A DNA stretch of 64,000 nucleotides. Origin: Macrostomum lignano (Eukaryota). The notes beneath the pieces were generated by a model that worked only from the letters and a program-made list of their open reading frames with translations, was not told the DNA's origin and made no database searches. Both the position numbers and the translations under genes were made by a program. This document shows, in pieces, positions 43,101 through 64,000 of the stretch. The DNA lies in NCBI GenBank assembly GCA_002269645.1, contig NIVC01002116.1, positions 1 through 64,000 on the forward strand, written 5' to 3'. The stretch's first letter is position 1. Each line of letters begins with the position of its first letter.

Positions 43101-46100
43101 ATTTCCCTCTTAATTTGCCTAAATCATGGCATACCGAATTGATCATTTCCCATTCACATTCACGATAGACACCTCGGCCATTTATAGATATCCCGGTCAT
43201 GTATAGAAATCTCTCGGCCATAGACACCTCGGCCACATATACATGTAGACACCTCAACCATAGACACCTCGGCCATGTATATTCATCTCGGCCATAGACA
43301 TCTCAGCCATAGACATCTCAGCCATAGACATCTCAGCCATAGACATCTCAGCCATAGACATCTCAGCCATAGACATCTCAGCCATAGACATCTCGGCCAA
43401 AAGCTCCAAGACGCACTCACCCTGGCTAGCCTTCTCGCAGGTAAAGTCCTCGCAGCAGGCGTCCTGCGTGAAGCAGATTCCGCCGTCCTTTTCGCACTGA
43501 AAGTTTTATAGAAATATAGCCTTAATTTCTTACTTTATTTCTTAACGACTAGCAAATCGTGCTATGCCTTCTCGCACTTTATAAATCTTGTTTCTAAGAA
43601 ACGGTTCTAAAATAACGTGTCAGAACAAAAAGATTTTTTTCAGCAAATTTAAATTGAAATTTTGAGATAAAACTGCACCGGAAGCTTTTGGGTGAGGAGT
43701 GAAGCTGAGAACTCTGACAGCCCGCATTCACTGAATAGGCGGAGCGCTAGGATGGAAACCATTGATGAGGCATCGGCAGCATGCGGACCTGACTCACTAC
43801 TGCTCTATCCTGCTGGTACCGCCTTGCAGCACAGCAAGGCCCACTGCCCTCCATGCAGCAGCAACAGTAGTGTGAAAACAATGGACACGCACATAACTTT
43901 TGCTAGCATTTTTTGTGAATGATTTCAATCTACATGGAAGGGAATCAAGTAAGCGTTAAGACTGCAGTGTCAATTATAATCCACATACACCACTTGATTA
44001 TTATCATACAGACTGAACTGCAATTCAAAGCATGGGATCTGTATGGGATCTGTATGGGATCTGTATGGGATCTGCATGGGACTGTACGGGATCTGTATGG
44101 GATCTGTATGGGATCTGTATGGGATCTGCATGGGATCTGTATGGGATCTGTATGGGATCTGTATGGGACTGTATGGGATCTGCATGGGATCTGCATGGGA
44201 CTGTATGGGATCTGTATGGGATCTGCATGGGACTGTATGGGATCTGCATGGGATCTGCATGGGACTGTATGGGATCTGTATGATATCTGTATGGGATCTG
44301 TATGATATCTGTATGTGATCTGTATGGGATCTGTATGGGATCTGTATGATATCTGTATGGGATCTGTATGATATCTGTATGGGATCTGTATGGGATCTGT
44401 ATGGGATCTGTATGGGATCTGTATGGGATCTGCATGGGATCTGCATGGGATCTGCATGGGACTGTATGGGATCTGCATGGGATCTGCATGGGACTGTATG
44501 GGATCTGTATGGGATCTGCATGGGACTGTATGGGATCTGCATGGTACTGTATGGGATCTGTATGGGATCTGTATGGGATCTGTATGGGATCTGTATGGGA
44601 TCTGCATGTGGGATCTGTATGGGACTTTATGGGATCTGTATGGGATCTGTGTGGGTTTTTGTACGGGATCTGTATGGGATCTGCATGGGACTGTATGGGA
44701 TCTGTATGGGATCTGCATGGGATCTGAATGGGATCTGTATGGGATCTGTATGGGATCTGCATGGGATCTGTATGGGATCTGTATGATATCTGTATGGGAT
44801 CTGTATGGGATCTGAATGGGACTGTACCCGGATCTGTATGGGATCTGCACGGGATCTGTATGGGATCTGCACGGGATCTGTATGGGATCTGCATGGGATC
44901 TGTATGGGATCTGCATGGGACTGTATGGGATCTGTATGGGATCTGCATGGGATCTGTATGGGACTGTATGATATCTGTATGGGATCTGTATGGGATCTGC
45001 ATGGGATCTGCATGGGACTGTATGATATCTGTATGGGATCTGTATGGGATCTGCATGGGACTGTACGGGATCTGTATGGGATCTGCACGGGATCTGTATG
45101 GGATCTGCATGGGACTGTATGGGATCTGTATGGGATCTGTATGGGATCTGCATGGGATCTGCATGGGACTGTATGGGATCTGTATGGGATCTGTATGGGA
45201 TCTGCATGGGATCTGCATGGGACTGTATGGGATCTGCATGGGATCTGCATGGGACTGTATGGGATCTGTATGGGATCTGCATGGGACTGTATGGGACTTT
45301 ATGGGATCTGTATGGGATCTGTGTGGGATTCTGTATGGGATCTGTATGGGATCTGCATGGGATCTGAATGGGATCTGTATGGGATCTGTATGGGATCTGT
45401 ATGGGATCTACAGCGTCAGGGAGTATCGGGATCGTAGCTAGGACTGCAGGAGATTTGGTGAGAATTAAAGATGCAGCAAATTCGGTAGACATAAAAGCCA
45501 GCCAAGCGGCCCCACAGGTGGAATTCTCAAATACTGTTTGTCTGTCTGAAGTCGCAATCAGTTTCAGCCGAGCCGCCGAAATGAATCTGAAACTCTTCTC
45601 CATAAAACTGCCAGGCGATCGATAAATTATTTATGGGGCAGCCTCTGGGCATCATCACTTTTGCAGGTATTCACGCATTGCCGCTGTCAACACCGCCATG
45701 GCTGCCCTCCCCCCTGATTCATACCTGTAGGCGGATTTCAAGAGCTGGCTGAGAAGCTGATGGGGTGTGAATTCCGTCTCATGCTGCCGCCGTGCTGCCA
45801 CCCCAAGTTGAGCACCCAGCTTCCTTCTCAGCCAGCCGGAGGAATGCTCCCGGTCTCGGGGATAAATTATTGAAAAACAATGCCTGCCTCGTCGATACGC
45901 CCGAGGTGGGGATCCGAGGGGGTGGGCTGGGGGCGACAAGCCGGAAGAATGAAAAGAAAACTGCTGGGTGGGGGACAATTGGCGCTGCTCTGCTGCGAGA
46001 TCCCGGATGCGCGTCGTGAGTTTTGTTTTTCACGAACCACCGGCCTCCCACTCGACTGCTTCTGGAAATGCAATATTCAGTAGCGGGATGAGGCCCGCAA

Positions 46101-47909
46101 AGATGGAGTGCGACTCGGTTTTCAAGGCGCCTTTTTCTGCGCGCACGGGACCCGAGGCGAGGGCTGTACCGGTTTTTTGCAACCCTCCACCCCGAGGCGC
46201 AGGGGCAGAAAAGAGGAAAAAACTCCCTCTTTTTTCACTCTTTCTGGTGACGTCAACGCTCAGGGTCAGGATCCCAGATCCCGATCCCAGATCCCGATCC
46301 CAGATCCCGATCCCAGATCCCGATCCCAGATCCCGATCCCAGATCCCGATCCCAGATCCCGATCCCAGATCCCGATCCCAGATCCCGATCCCAGATCCCG
46401 ATCCCAGATCCCGATCCCAGATCCCGATCCCAGATCCCGATCCCAGATCCCGATCCCAGATCCCGATCCCAGATCCCGATCCCAGATCCCGATCCCAGAT
46501 CCCGATCCCAGATCCCGATCCCAGATCCCGATCCCAGATCCCGATCCCAGATCCCGATCCCAGATCCCGATCCCAGATCCCGATCCCAGATCCCGATCCC
46601 AGATCCCGATCCCAGATCCCGATCCCAGATCCCGATCCCAGATCCCGATCCCAGATCCCGATCCCAGATCCCGATCCCAGATCCCGATCCCAGATCCCGA
46701 TCCCAGATCCCGATCCCAGATCCCGATCCCAGATCCCGATCCCAGATCCCGATCCCAGATCCCGATCCCAGATCCCGATCCCAGATCCCGATCCCAGATC
46801 CCGATCCCAGATCCCGATCCCAGATCCCGATCCCAGATCCCGATCCCAGATCCCGATCCCAGATCCCGATCCCAGATCCCGATCCCAGATCCCGATCCCA
46901 GATCCCGATCCCAGATCCCGATCCCAGATCCCGATCCCAGATCCCGATCCCAGATCCCGATCCCAGATCCCGATCCCAGATCCCGATCCCAGATCCCGAT
47001 CCCAGATCCCGATCCCAGATCCCGATCCCAGATCCCGATCCCAGATCCCGATCCCAGATCCCGATCCCAGATCCCGATCCCAGATCCCGATCCCAGATCC
47101 CGATCCCAGATCCCGATCCCAGATCCCGATCCCAGATCCCGATCCCAGATCCCGATCCCAGATCCCGATCCCAGATCCCGATCCCAGATCCCGATCCCAG
47201 ATCCCGATCCCAGATCCCGATCCCAGATCCCGATCCCAGATCCCGATCCCAGATCCCGATCCCAGATCCCGATCCCAGATCCCGATCCCAGATCCCGATC
47301 CCAGATCCCGATCCCAGATCCCGATCCCAGATCCCGATCCCAGATCCCGATCCCAGATCCCGATCCCAGATCCCGATCCCAGATCCCGATCCCAGATCCC
47401 GATCCCAGATCCCGATCCCAGATCCCGATCCCAGATCCCGATCCCAGATCCCGATCCCAGATCCCGATCCCAGATCCCGATCCCAGATCCCGATCCCAGA
47501 TCCCGATCCCAGATCCCGATCCCAGATCCCGATCCCAGATCCCGATCCCAGATCCCGATCCCAGATCCCGATCCCAGATCCCGATCCCAGATCCCGATCC
47601 CAGATCCCGATCCCAGATCCCGATCCCAGATCCCGATCCCAGATCCCGATCCCAGATCCCGATCCCAGATCCCGATCCCAGATCCCGATCCCAGATCCCG
47701 ATCCCAGATCCCGATCCCAGATCCCGATCCCAGATCCCGATCCCAGATCCCGATCCCAGATCCCGATCCCAGATCGGGATCCTGGTACTCACCGCTCCCC
47801 TTCCCTTCCCGCCGATGATGCCGATGAAGGCGTCGGCGGTGCAGCAGCAGGCGATCAGCAGGATGGCAGAGGCAGCAGCAGTGAGGGCCAGTCGCCTAGT
47901 GTGAGCCAT
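40200..47909 (-). CDS. Secreted cysteine-rich precursor (183 aa): signal peptide, knottin-pattern domain, Gly-rich linker, second CC-containing 6-Cys domain; prohormone-3/ITG-like or toxin-like
   Basis: Exons 47909..47793 (GCG|gtgagt, phase 0), 43496..43421 (tttcag|TGC...G|gtgag, phase 1) and 40558..40200 (catcag|GG...TGA), totalling 552 nt. The protein reads MAHTRRLALTAAASAILLIACCCTADA-FIGIIGGKGRGA-CEKDGGICFTQDACCEDFTC...YGRC...CDSDADCPAGQCC...C.......C...RKRHQP*. Confidence 0.8.
43230..43397. repeat. 15-bp minisatellite (ccatagacatctcag)
   Basis: Directly visible about 25 nt into intron 2 of the Cys-rich gene. Confidence 0.9.
44032..45408. repeat. 10/11-bp minisatellite (gggatctgtat / gggactgtat / gggatctgcat)
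   Basis: Directly visible in intron 1 of the Cys-rich gene. Confidence 0.97.
46269..47775. repeat. Perfect 13-bp minisatellite (gatcccagatccc), ~116 copies
   Basis: Directly visible, essentially without variants; it starts 17 nt after the exon-1 donor. Confidence 0.98.
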
Positions 47910-48299
47910 GCTAGTTGCTAGGGGCTCAACGATGGACTAAAAAAATTCAGCAGTCTGAAAACCAGGTTGACAGAGGGAGAGGCAGGTCTCCGGAACAGCG
48001 CCGATGAAGATGGATAAGTCTGCTAGCGCTGCCGGTCGCGCCACCCCGTGGGCCAACAAATGAGAGCGGAGTCTGCCAGTTGCGGCTGGAAAGCTTCGGC
48101 CTCGTTCTACTATTGGGTAGACCCGTGTGGTTTGGGTTTTTTCATTTTCATGATTCTTGCTCTTGCATCAGCAACATACTGCGCTCCCAATCTCGAGTAA
48201 AATTACAACAGCTAGGGCTAGTATATTGGGAAGCCACATTGTTCCCCATACACACCATGCCCACCATTCCCCACACTCTATGCTACACTACAATCTTTT

Positions 48300-48690
48300 T
48301 CACACTCTATGTCACAACCTTCCACACAATCTATGTCACAACCTTCCCCACACTCTATGTCACAACCTTCCCCACACTCTATGTCACAACCTTCCCCACA
48401 CTCTATGTCACAACCTTCCCCACACTCTATGTCACAACCTTCCCCACACTCTATGTCACAACCTTCCCTACACTATGTCACAACCTTCCCCACACTCTAT
48501 GTCACAACCTTTCCCACACTCTATGTTACAACCTTCCCCACACTGTATTTCACAACCTTCCCAACACTCTATGTCACAACCTTCCACACAATCTATGTCA
48601 CAACCTTCCCCACACTCTATGTCACAACCTTCCACACAATCTATGTCACAACCTTCCCCACACTCTATGTCACAACCTTCCCCACACTAC
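48300..48690. repeat. 24-bp minisatellite (ctatgtcacaaccttccccacact)
   Basis: Directly visible. Confidence 0.93.
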
Positions 48691-50169
48691 ATTAGCTTTC
48701 AGCCGCAGCCGCGGGTTTAATCCAGCCAATACTTCCCGAAGGTCTCATCAAACTCGCGCCTCAAAATCTCAGGGTCCGCGGTGAAGCAGCTGGCAGAAAC
48801 CGGGCGACATCTGTGCAAAGAGAAGGCGCGCCAGCTTGGCGTGCGGGCTAGTCAAACAAGGCCTCTGCCAGACACTCCGGCATCCTGAAACATTGATCGA
48901 TTGTTTCAAAAATGAGCTGACAGTTTACTAATGCATTTGGGGGGGGGCAGCTGTTTGATCGCAGTTTAAACCCGGGTTCTGATAATCTCAAATGCTGGAT
49001 GGCGAGCACGGAGTATCAGATTATGACGCTACTCGCATGTCACTGCCCCACAGCGTTCACTTTCCCAATCCCCATTTACAAGTGAATCCTTGCGCACTTG
49101 AGTTACCCGCACTGAGCCGATGGGAAACAAATTGGTTGCTAGGAGAAATGTCTTGGCAGAAAATTTCTTACCTGTCAACCTGCATGCCCACTTCCTATTG
49201 CATTGTCAAGCCCCGGATGCTGACAATGGACCGGCACGGGTTCGGGAAGTGCTCAAACAGTTTTAGCGCTTTTTACGCTCTCCGAAAGCCTTTTGTTTCT
49301 GTTTTCCATCGCGGAAGCGTGACTTCACCGTAGTGGATTTGCTGAAGCCGCACCAACAATCACTTGAACTTGACGGGGAAGCAGCCCGATGGCTCGCCGG
49401 AGGCTGCCGGTTTTCGCTGCATGTTTTTTGCCATAGACGCATGAGTCAGTGTACATGAATATCATTCTCATTTGATTCCATTTTACTCATAGACAGTGTG
49501 GTTAAACCATAGACAAAACCAATTCTGCAAGATTGAGTGTGCAAGATTGACAATTCTGCACGCAGATTAAACAAAAAGAATTGTCTATGGCGGAACCCCT
49601 CCATTCAGAGGTGTGCAAAAAAGTAGCAAATCTTTGCAAAATCCGTTTAAAAAACACAACTGCATTTCGAGCGTTGCCGCTCTCCAATAGCGCTTCTTTT
49701 CTTGCCACACTTGTGAGTGCACTTTGGGCAAAGCACATGCTTGCTTCCTTTGGAATTAGGAAGGTCAGACGGCAAGCTATAGGGAATTTAGAGGTTAAAA
49801 AACTGAAAACTTTCTTTGTTAGTTAATGTTTTGCAGCGGGCCTCCGGCGAAGCCTGCACGATCTGCGAGTGCTGATTCCTGCTTTAGTTTTCCATTGTAA
49901 TTGAATTGACACGACTCAATTGATTTTCTCTTTAGAGTTTGTTGAGAAAAAGCAAAAAAGGCCTTCTGGGTCGGGTCGCTGGCTGGTTTGACTTTATTTA
50001 TTTAGATAAAGCGAAGAGAAATTGACGCGTGGGGGGTGGGGGCGCCCAGTGTACGAGCAGATGTACATTGCACGAAAGGGCGGAGCGGGGTGAAAGGTGA
50101 GTCGGCTTTTACTTAATGTAAAGAAAACCATTTGGGCTGAATAAATATGAACTTTTCCGAAACATCCAT

Positions 50170-51175
50170 ATTCCCTACTCAAACACTCGGATCCCTACTC
50201 AAACACTCAGATTCCTACTCAAACACTCAGATCCCTACTCAAACACTCAGATTCCTACTCAAACACTCGAATCATTATTCAAGCACTCAGATCCTTACTC
50301 AAGCACTCAGATCCTTACTCAAACACTCGGATCACTACTCAAACACTCCTTGAACTCAAACACTCCTTGGACTTGAGTAGCACTCAAGTCCCTACTCAAA
50401 CACTCGAATCACTACTCAAACACTCAGATTCCTACTCAAACACTCAGATCCCTACTCAAACACTCAGATCCCTACTCAAACACTCAGATCCCTACTCAAA
50501 CACTCAGATCACTACTCAAACACTCAGATCCCTACTCAAGCACTCAGATCACTACTCAAACACTCAGATCCCTACTCAAACACTCAGATCCCTACTCAAA
50601 CACTCAGATCCCTAGTCAAACACTCAGATCCCTACTCAAGCACTCAGATCCCTACTCAAACACTCAGATCCCTACTCAAACATTCAGATCCCCACTCAAG
50701 CACTCAGATCCCTACTCAAGCACTCAGATCCCTACTCAAACACTCAGATCACTACTCAAACACTCAGATCCCTACTCAAGCACTCAGATCACTACTCAAA
50801 CACTCAGATCACTACTCAAACACTCAGATCCCTACTCAAACACTCAGATCCCTACTCAAACACTCAGATCCCTACTCAAACACTCAGATCCCTAGTCAAA
50901 CACTCAGATCCCTAGTCAAACACTCAGATCCCTACTCAAGCACTCAGATCCCTACTCAAACACTCAGATCCCTACTCAAACATTCAGATCCCCACTCAAG
51001 CACTCAGATCCCTACTCAAGCACTCAGATCCCTACTCAAACACTCAGATCCCTACTCAAACACTCAGATCCCTACTCAAGCACTCAGATCCCTACTCAAA
51101 CACTCAGATCCCCACTCAAGCACTCAGATCCCCACTCAAGCACTCAGATTCCTACTCAAACACTCAGATCCCTAC
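50170..51175. repeat. 20-bp minisatellite (cactcagatccctactcaaa)
   Basis: Directly visible. Confidence 0.96.
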
Positions 51176-51833
51176 TAAAAAAACTCAGCTCACAAACTAA
51201 AAGCATTATATCCTACGCTGGTAGCTGTATATTTTGTTGTCAAGACAAATAACTGTTTAAAATTCTATCCAAGGATGTAGAAAATACGGATACTTTCTTG
51301 CAGAACATGAAAGCTAATGTGTTACTAACATACAAGGCACATCGTTGCTTGCATCATTGAGACTGTACTATGCAGCAATGAAAGAACGAAGGGGTTAAAG
51401 CGAAACTCATTCACTCATTGTATGGCGCAGGAGGAGTGCAGAGGCGTCGCAAACTTCTCCATATAGCGACTTGTTTGAAAAGCCCCTGCAAGCGATGCAG
51501 CTGCTTGAAGCCCACTCAGTTTCACTCACTCCATTTTAGGAAAAGGAGGCGTATAGCTATTGCTGGAGAGAAGGCTCCATGCATTTCTTTTCTACCAAGC
51601 TAGAGTGATTCGCATGAATGAAAGCTGCAGTGGCTGTGGGTGCGGAGTCTGTTGCAAAAAAACTCCCAAGACAGATGCTTGCGGGAAGCTAGTTAGCAAC
51701 TTTCATTTTTGTTTTTTTTACACCGGGTCATAAGGAGAGCCAGTGTTTCAAGAATCACCTGGGAAATACAAGCTAGTTCTATGCACCTACACTGTAATTG
51801 CAGAGTAGATTTCGTAGGAAATTCTTGAATATT

Positions 51834-52865
51834 GTCTATGGCTCCGGCTGAAAATTCTGAAATCGACATATTGCTAATCTGATATTGTCTATGGCTCGGG
51901 CTGAAATATATAGACATTTGCTAATCTGATATTGTCTATGGCTCGGGCTGAAATATATAGACATTTGCTAATCTGATATTGTCTATGGCTCGGGCTGAAA
52001 TATATAGACATTTGCTAATCTGATATTGTCTATGGCTCCGGCTCAAATCTATCGACACATTGCTAATCTGATATTGTCTATGGCTCCGGCTCAAATCTAT
52101 CGACACATTGCTAATCTGATATTGTCTATGGCTCCGGCTCAAATCTATCGACACATTGCTAATCTGATATTGTCTATGGCTCCGGCTCAAATCTATCGAC
52201 ACATTGCTAATCTGATATTGTCTATGGCTCCGGCTCAAATCTATCGACACATTGCTAATCTGATATTGTCTATGGCTCCGGCTCAAATCTATCGACACAT
52301 TGCTAATCTGATATTGTCTATGGCTCCGGCTGAAATCTATAGACACATTGCTAATCTGATACTGTCTATGGCTCCGGCTGAAATCTATAGACACATTGCT
52401 AATCTGATATTGTCTATGGCTCCGGCTGAAATCTATAGACACATTGCTAATCTGATATTGTATATGGCTCCGGGTGAAATCTATAGACACATTGCTAAAC
52501 TGATATTGTCTATGGCTCCGGCTGAAATCTATAGACATATTGCTAATCTGATACTATCTATGGCTCCGGCTGAAATCTATAGACATATTGCTAATCTGAT
52601 ACTGTCTATGGCTCCGGCTCAAATCTATAGACACATTGCTAATCTGATATTGTCTATGGCTCCGGCTCAAATCTATAGACACATTGCTAATCTGATATTG
52701 TCTATGGCTCCGGCTCAAATCTATAGACACATTGCTAATCTGATATTGTCTATGGCTCCGGCTGAAATCTATAGACACATTGCTAAACTGATAGTCTATG
52801 GCTCCGGCTGAAATCTATAGACACATTGCTAATCTGATACTGTCTATGGCTCCGGCTGAAATCTA
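51834..52865. repeat. 48-bp minisatellite
   Basis: About 21 copies of ctatggctccggctcaaatctatcgacacattgctaatctgatattgt, with variants ordered in blocks. Confidence 0.96.
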
Positions 52866-53268
52866 TAGGCGAATTGCTAATAAAAATTTTTGTAGCTGTG
52901 TTTTTACAGCTATGTACGAGCGTATTTGCCTTACCTCGTAAAGCTTTCAAACTGTTTGCCGCAAAGAGCAGCTTGTACTCTGAAATTCTGCCTTAACTTG
53001 GCTCTTTATATCTTGTCTAAAATTCTCAGGCGAATAAAACCTCCCTTATAATTAAGACATAAGAAGCTTAAAACTAGATCAAATACTAGTTGTCGACCTG
53101 CAGTTAAAAGCGAAATCTGTTAGATTAGGCTTTGACTGGCAAACACACTGCAGACTCTTGCAGCTTTGGCAGAATGGCTTAAGCATTAATTGTGTTGCAT
53201 AAAACTAAAGACTGGCTCTGGACAGATTAGAGTTGTTACATAAAAGGATCTATTAGAAGATTTGCCAG

Positions 53269-53515
53269 CAGTGGCGGCGCAGCACCTCTGATCTGGGGGG
53301 GGGGGGGGGGGCGGTGGTTGGGTGGTCATGGTTACCCCCCCCCCCAGCGAATTTTTAGAATTAGAGCAGCGCATTTTATTACGCTAAAATCTCACTAAAA
53401 CGCATATAACGATTTCGCACTAAAAATTATGGTCGGTCACGCCACGGAGGGGGGTAGGAGGGTGGTCACCCGGGGGCAGCAGCCCCCTCTGCCCCCGCCT
53501 GCGCCGCCGCCACTG
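53269..53515. mobile_element. hAT-type MITE (247 bp)
   Basis: TIR CAGTGGCGGCG(CAG) / (CTG)CGCCGCCGCCACTG, with an 8-bp TSD tttgccag / cttgccag (1 mismatch). Confidence 0.85.
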
Positions 53516-54774
53516 CTTGCCAGTTTATATCATAGCTTTCATAGTATCTTGTTAATTTCACTGTTCCATTTCCACTAGGAATATATTTTCTGTTTGTAAG
53601 TATTCTTTCTATCACGTAAGCATCCAGGGGACGAGTTAAACTCCCTTCAATGGAGTCCCCATGGCGCGCATAAATTACTTCCAGTAGCTAGTATCGCACA
53701 TATCTGGTAGAATTGGATTTTAATTAACAAATATCGAAAATAAATCATTAAAACACAAGAATCGATTTCCAATTTACGATCCTGATAACTTAAAAGTAAA
53801 ATTTTTCGATAACAGAAAAATGGACTGTAATATTAATAATAAATAAATAAATATAATTGTAACCGAAGCGCTATATAGTTGCAGAATAGTGACATTATTA
53901 TAATATATGACCATAGGAATGTGAAATACGTGTAAAAGGGACTAGGAGAGCTTTGCAGATTATTTTAAAATAAAAGCGCTCATGTTAAAAATAACAGTTT
54001 AAAATTGGTTCTAAGATAAGACAAACTGGAGTTAATTTGCGGTGTGTGTAAAACTGCTAGCGAAATTATTATGCGAGAACTGGAAAAGCACAAGAATGGA
54101 ACAGTAAATGATGTTAGCCTCGGGCAGAGCAATAAAACTGATAAAAGTTCTCATTGTACTACTAGTAATTATCGATAGTAAAATATAAAACTAGAATTGT
54201 GATTGCGGCCCACAAGACTGAGATATCTTGTTTGTCTAGCGAGTTGAGGAAAGTTAGGATTTACAAAAAAGGGTCCGAAGTGTTGTTAATAAGCACTGAT
54301 TGCTGGCGCAAGAAAATTAATTAATAAAAGGTGCTCTAATAAATATATAATTATCCGTACAAAAGGCAAATTTACAAATACAGAGTCGTTGCAAATTTAT
54401 AATGTAAAGGCAGTATATAATTAAAATGTGGTTTGCGTAGCTGCATTAAACTCGCATTGTTGCTTTCATCTCGTTGCTCAGGTAAATAAAAACAGTATGA
54501 TTAGTAACGCTAAATATTTAAACGGGATGGCGTACTGTTGTTACTCTTTCTAACGCGGTCCAAGCCGATTTAGTAAAAAATGCGATTCCTTAAGCTGCGG
54601 ATTGAAAATAAAAAACAAAGGAAAAGAGTGAAAATTAGGAAAATTACAACAGATAGCGGGACTAATAGCTGTTTCAGTGTGTACTTTTGCTATTGGATTA
54701 TTCTGACTCATGACATTCAACCATTGAATTGAAATACATGACCTCGGATGACCTCGAGTTCACAGTTTCCATAA

Positions 54775-55030
54775 GTAGATATCTAACATATCAGCAGATA
54801 TCTACCATCAACAGATATCCATCATCAGCAGATGAATATCTACCATCAGCAGCTAAATATCTACCATCAGCAGATATCCATCATCACCAGATGAATATCT
54901 ACCATCAGCAGATATCTACCATCAGAAAATAAATATCTAACGCTAGCAGATATCTAACATATCAGCAGAAATCTAACATATCAGCAGATTTCTAAACATA
55001 TATCTACCATCAGCAGATGAATATCTACTA
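54775..55030. repeat. Degenerate 17-bp repeat (cagcagatatctaccat)
   Basis: Directly visible. Confidence 0.85.
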
Positions 55031-55447
55031 TAACCACCACAAATACGTATAAATATTTGCCAGCAGTAGAAATAAGCACGAATTAATCGATAAGAAATGA
55101 AAACGCAATAAAAAAGACGGGATCAAGAGGGGTCGAGTGAATCATGGTGTCCATCATAGACTGACTCATGTCTATGGGGTCTATCGAGGGGTCTACAAAC
55201 AACTCATATAGGAAATATAGTAAAAACTATTACTAGCTAATACAATTCAGTCGATTCAAAGGAACAAGCATTAATATACCTAGCAGTTCTGTACGAATTT
55301 CCAGTATATTCTTACATATATATATATATGCATATCGCCAACAATATGGTCAATATTTAACGAATAATTCAATGCTAGCCAACAATCGTTTAATCCACTG
55401 TTCGAAGTAGGTCAGGAGTACTTATCCGGCAACAGGTGCGACTCTTG

Positions 55448-63826
<8,379 letters not shown>

Positions 63827-64000
63827 CTGCAAAATATGAAAATGAAGACTAGTTAAAAATTAATTACGAGCATAAATAGAGGACAATAAATTACCAGAGG
63901 GAGAGAGCTGTTCCTTAGTCTGAGTTTTCACATATTTAAAATCGTAAAATAGAAAACTATTTTAGAGCAATGAACTGGGAAGAGTATATGACGATAGAGC

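Noticed and set aside
43945-45603. 552-aa and other overlapping ORFs
   Set aside because: They are 10/11-bp satellite translations within an intron.
45655-45978. 107-aa minus ORF with a donor-like TACAG|GTATGA at ~45725
   Set aside because: No compatible acceptor or phase with the flanking exons and no recognisable domain. Left as a possible cryptic exon only.
45968-47818. ~600-aa ORFs in several frames (PDPDPRSRSQIPI / WDRDLGSGSGIGI)
   Set aside because: These are translations of the 13-bp array. Only 47909-47793 is a real exon, ending at a consensus GTGAGT donor.

Overview
This is eukaryotic (animal) genomic DNA, not prokaryotic. It has spliced genes with GT-AG introns, and most of those introns carry their own micro- or minisatellite. 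GC-rich coding exons inside satellite-stuffed introns resemble the flatworm Macrostomum lignano, but that is inference from style, not a database match. Genes reconstructed by hand with phase-consistent exons: two tandem PKA-C-like kinases (+), a small secreted peptide precursor (+), a C-terminal SOCS-box protein (-), an ARM-TIR-SAM-like protein (-), DNAJB12/14 (-), MTG1 (-), an intronless bZIP factor (+), a secreted double cysteine-cluster (knottin/prohormone-3-like) precursor (-) that the ORF track largely misses, and the 3' seven exons of syntaxin-1 (-). Also present are several hAT-type MITEs with 8-bp target-site duplications, a tRNA-Glu-derived SINE-like element, about 30 tandem arrays, RFX X-box clusters and a CpG-free AT-rich island. 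The most interesting points are the TIR gene with a splice or frameshift switch just before the TIR domain, the hidden knottin-like precursor, and complementary repeat arrays inside single pre-mRNAs. Very long ORFs in the track are mostly repeat artefacts. Several 1-nt indels fall in homopolymers, so assembly error is a live alternative for the frameshifts.
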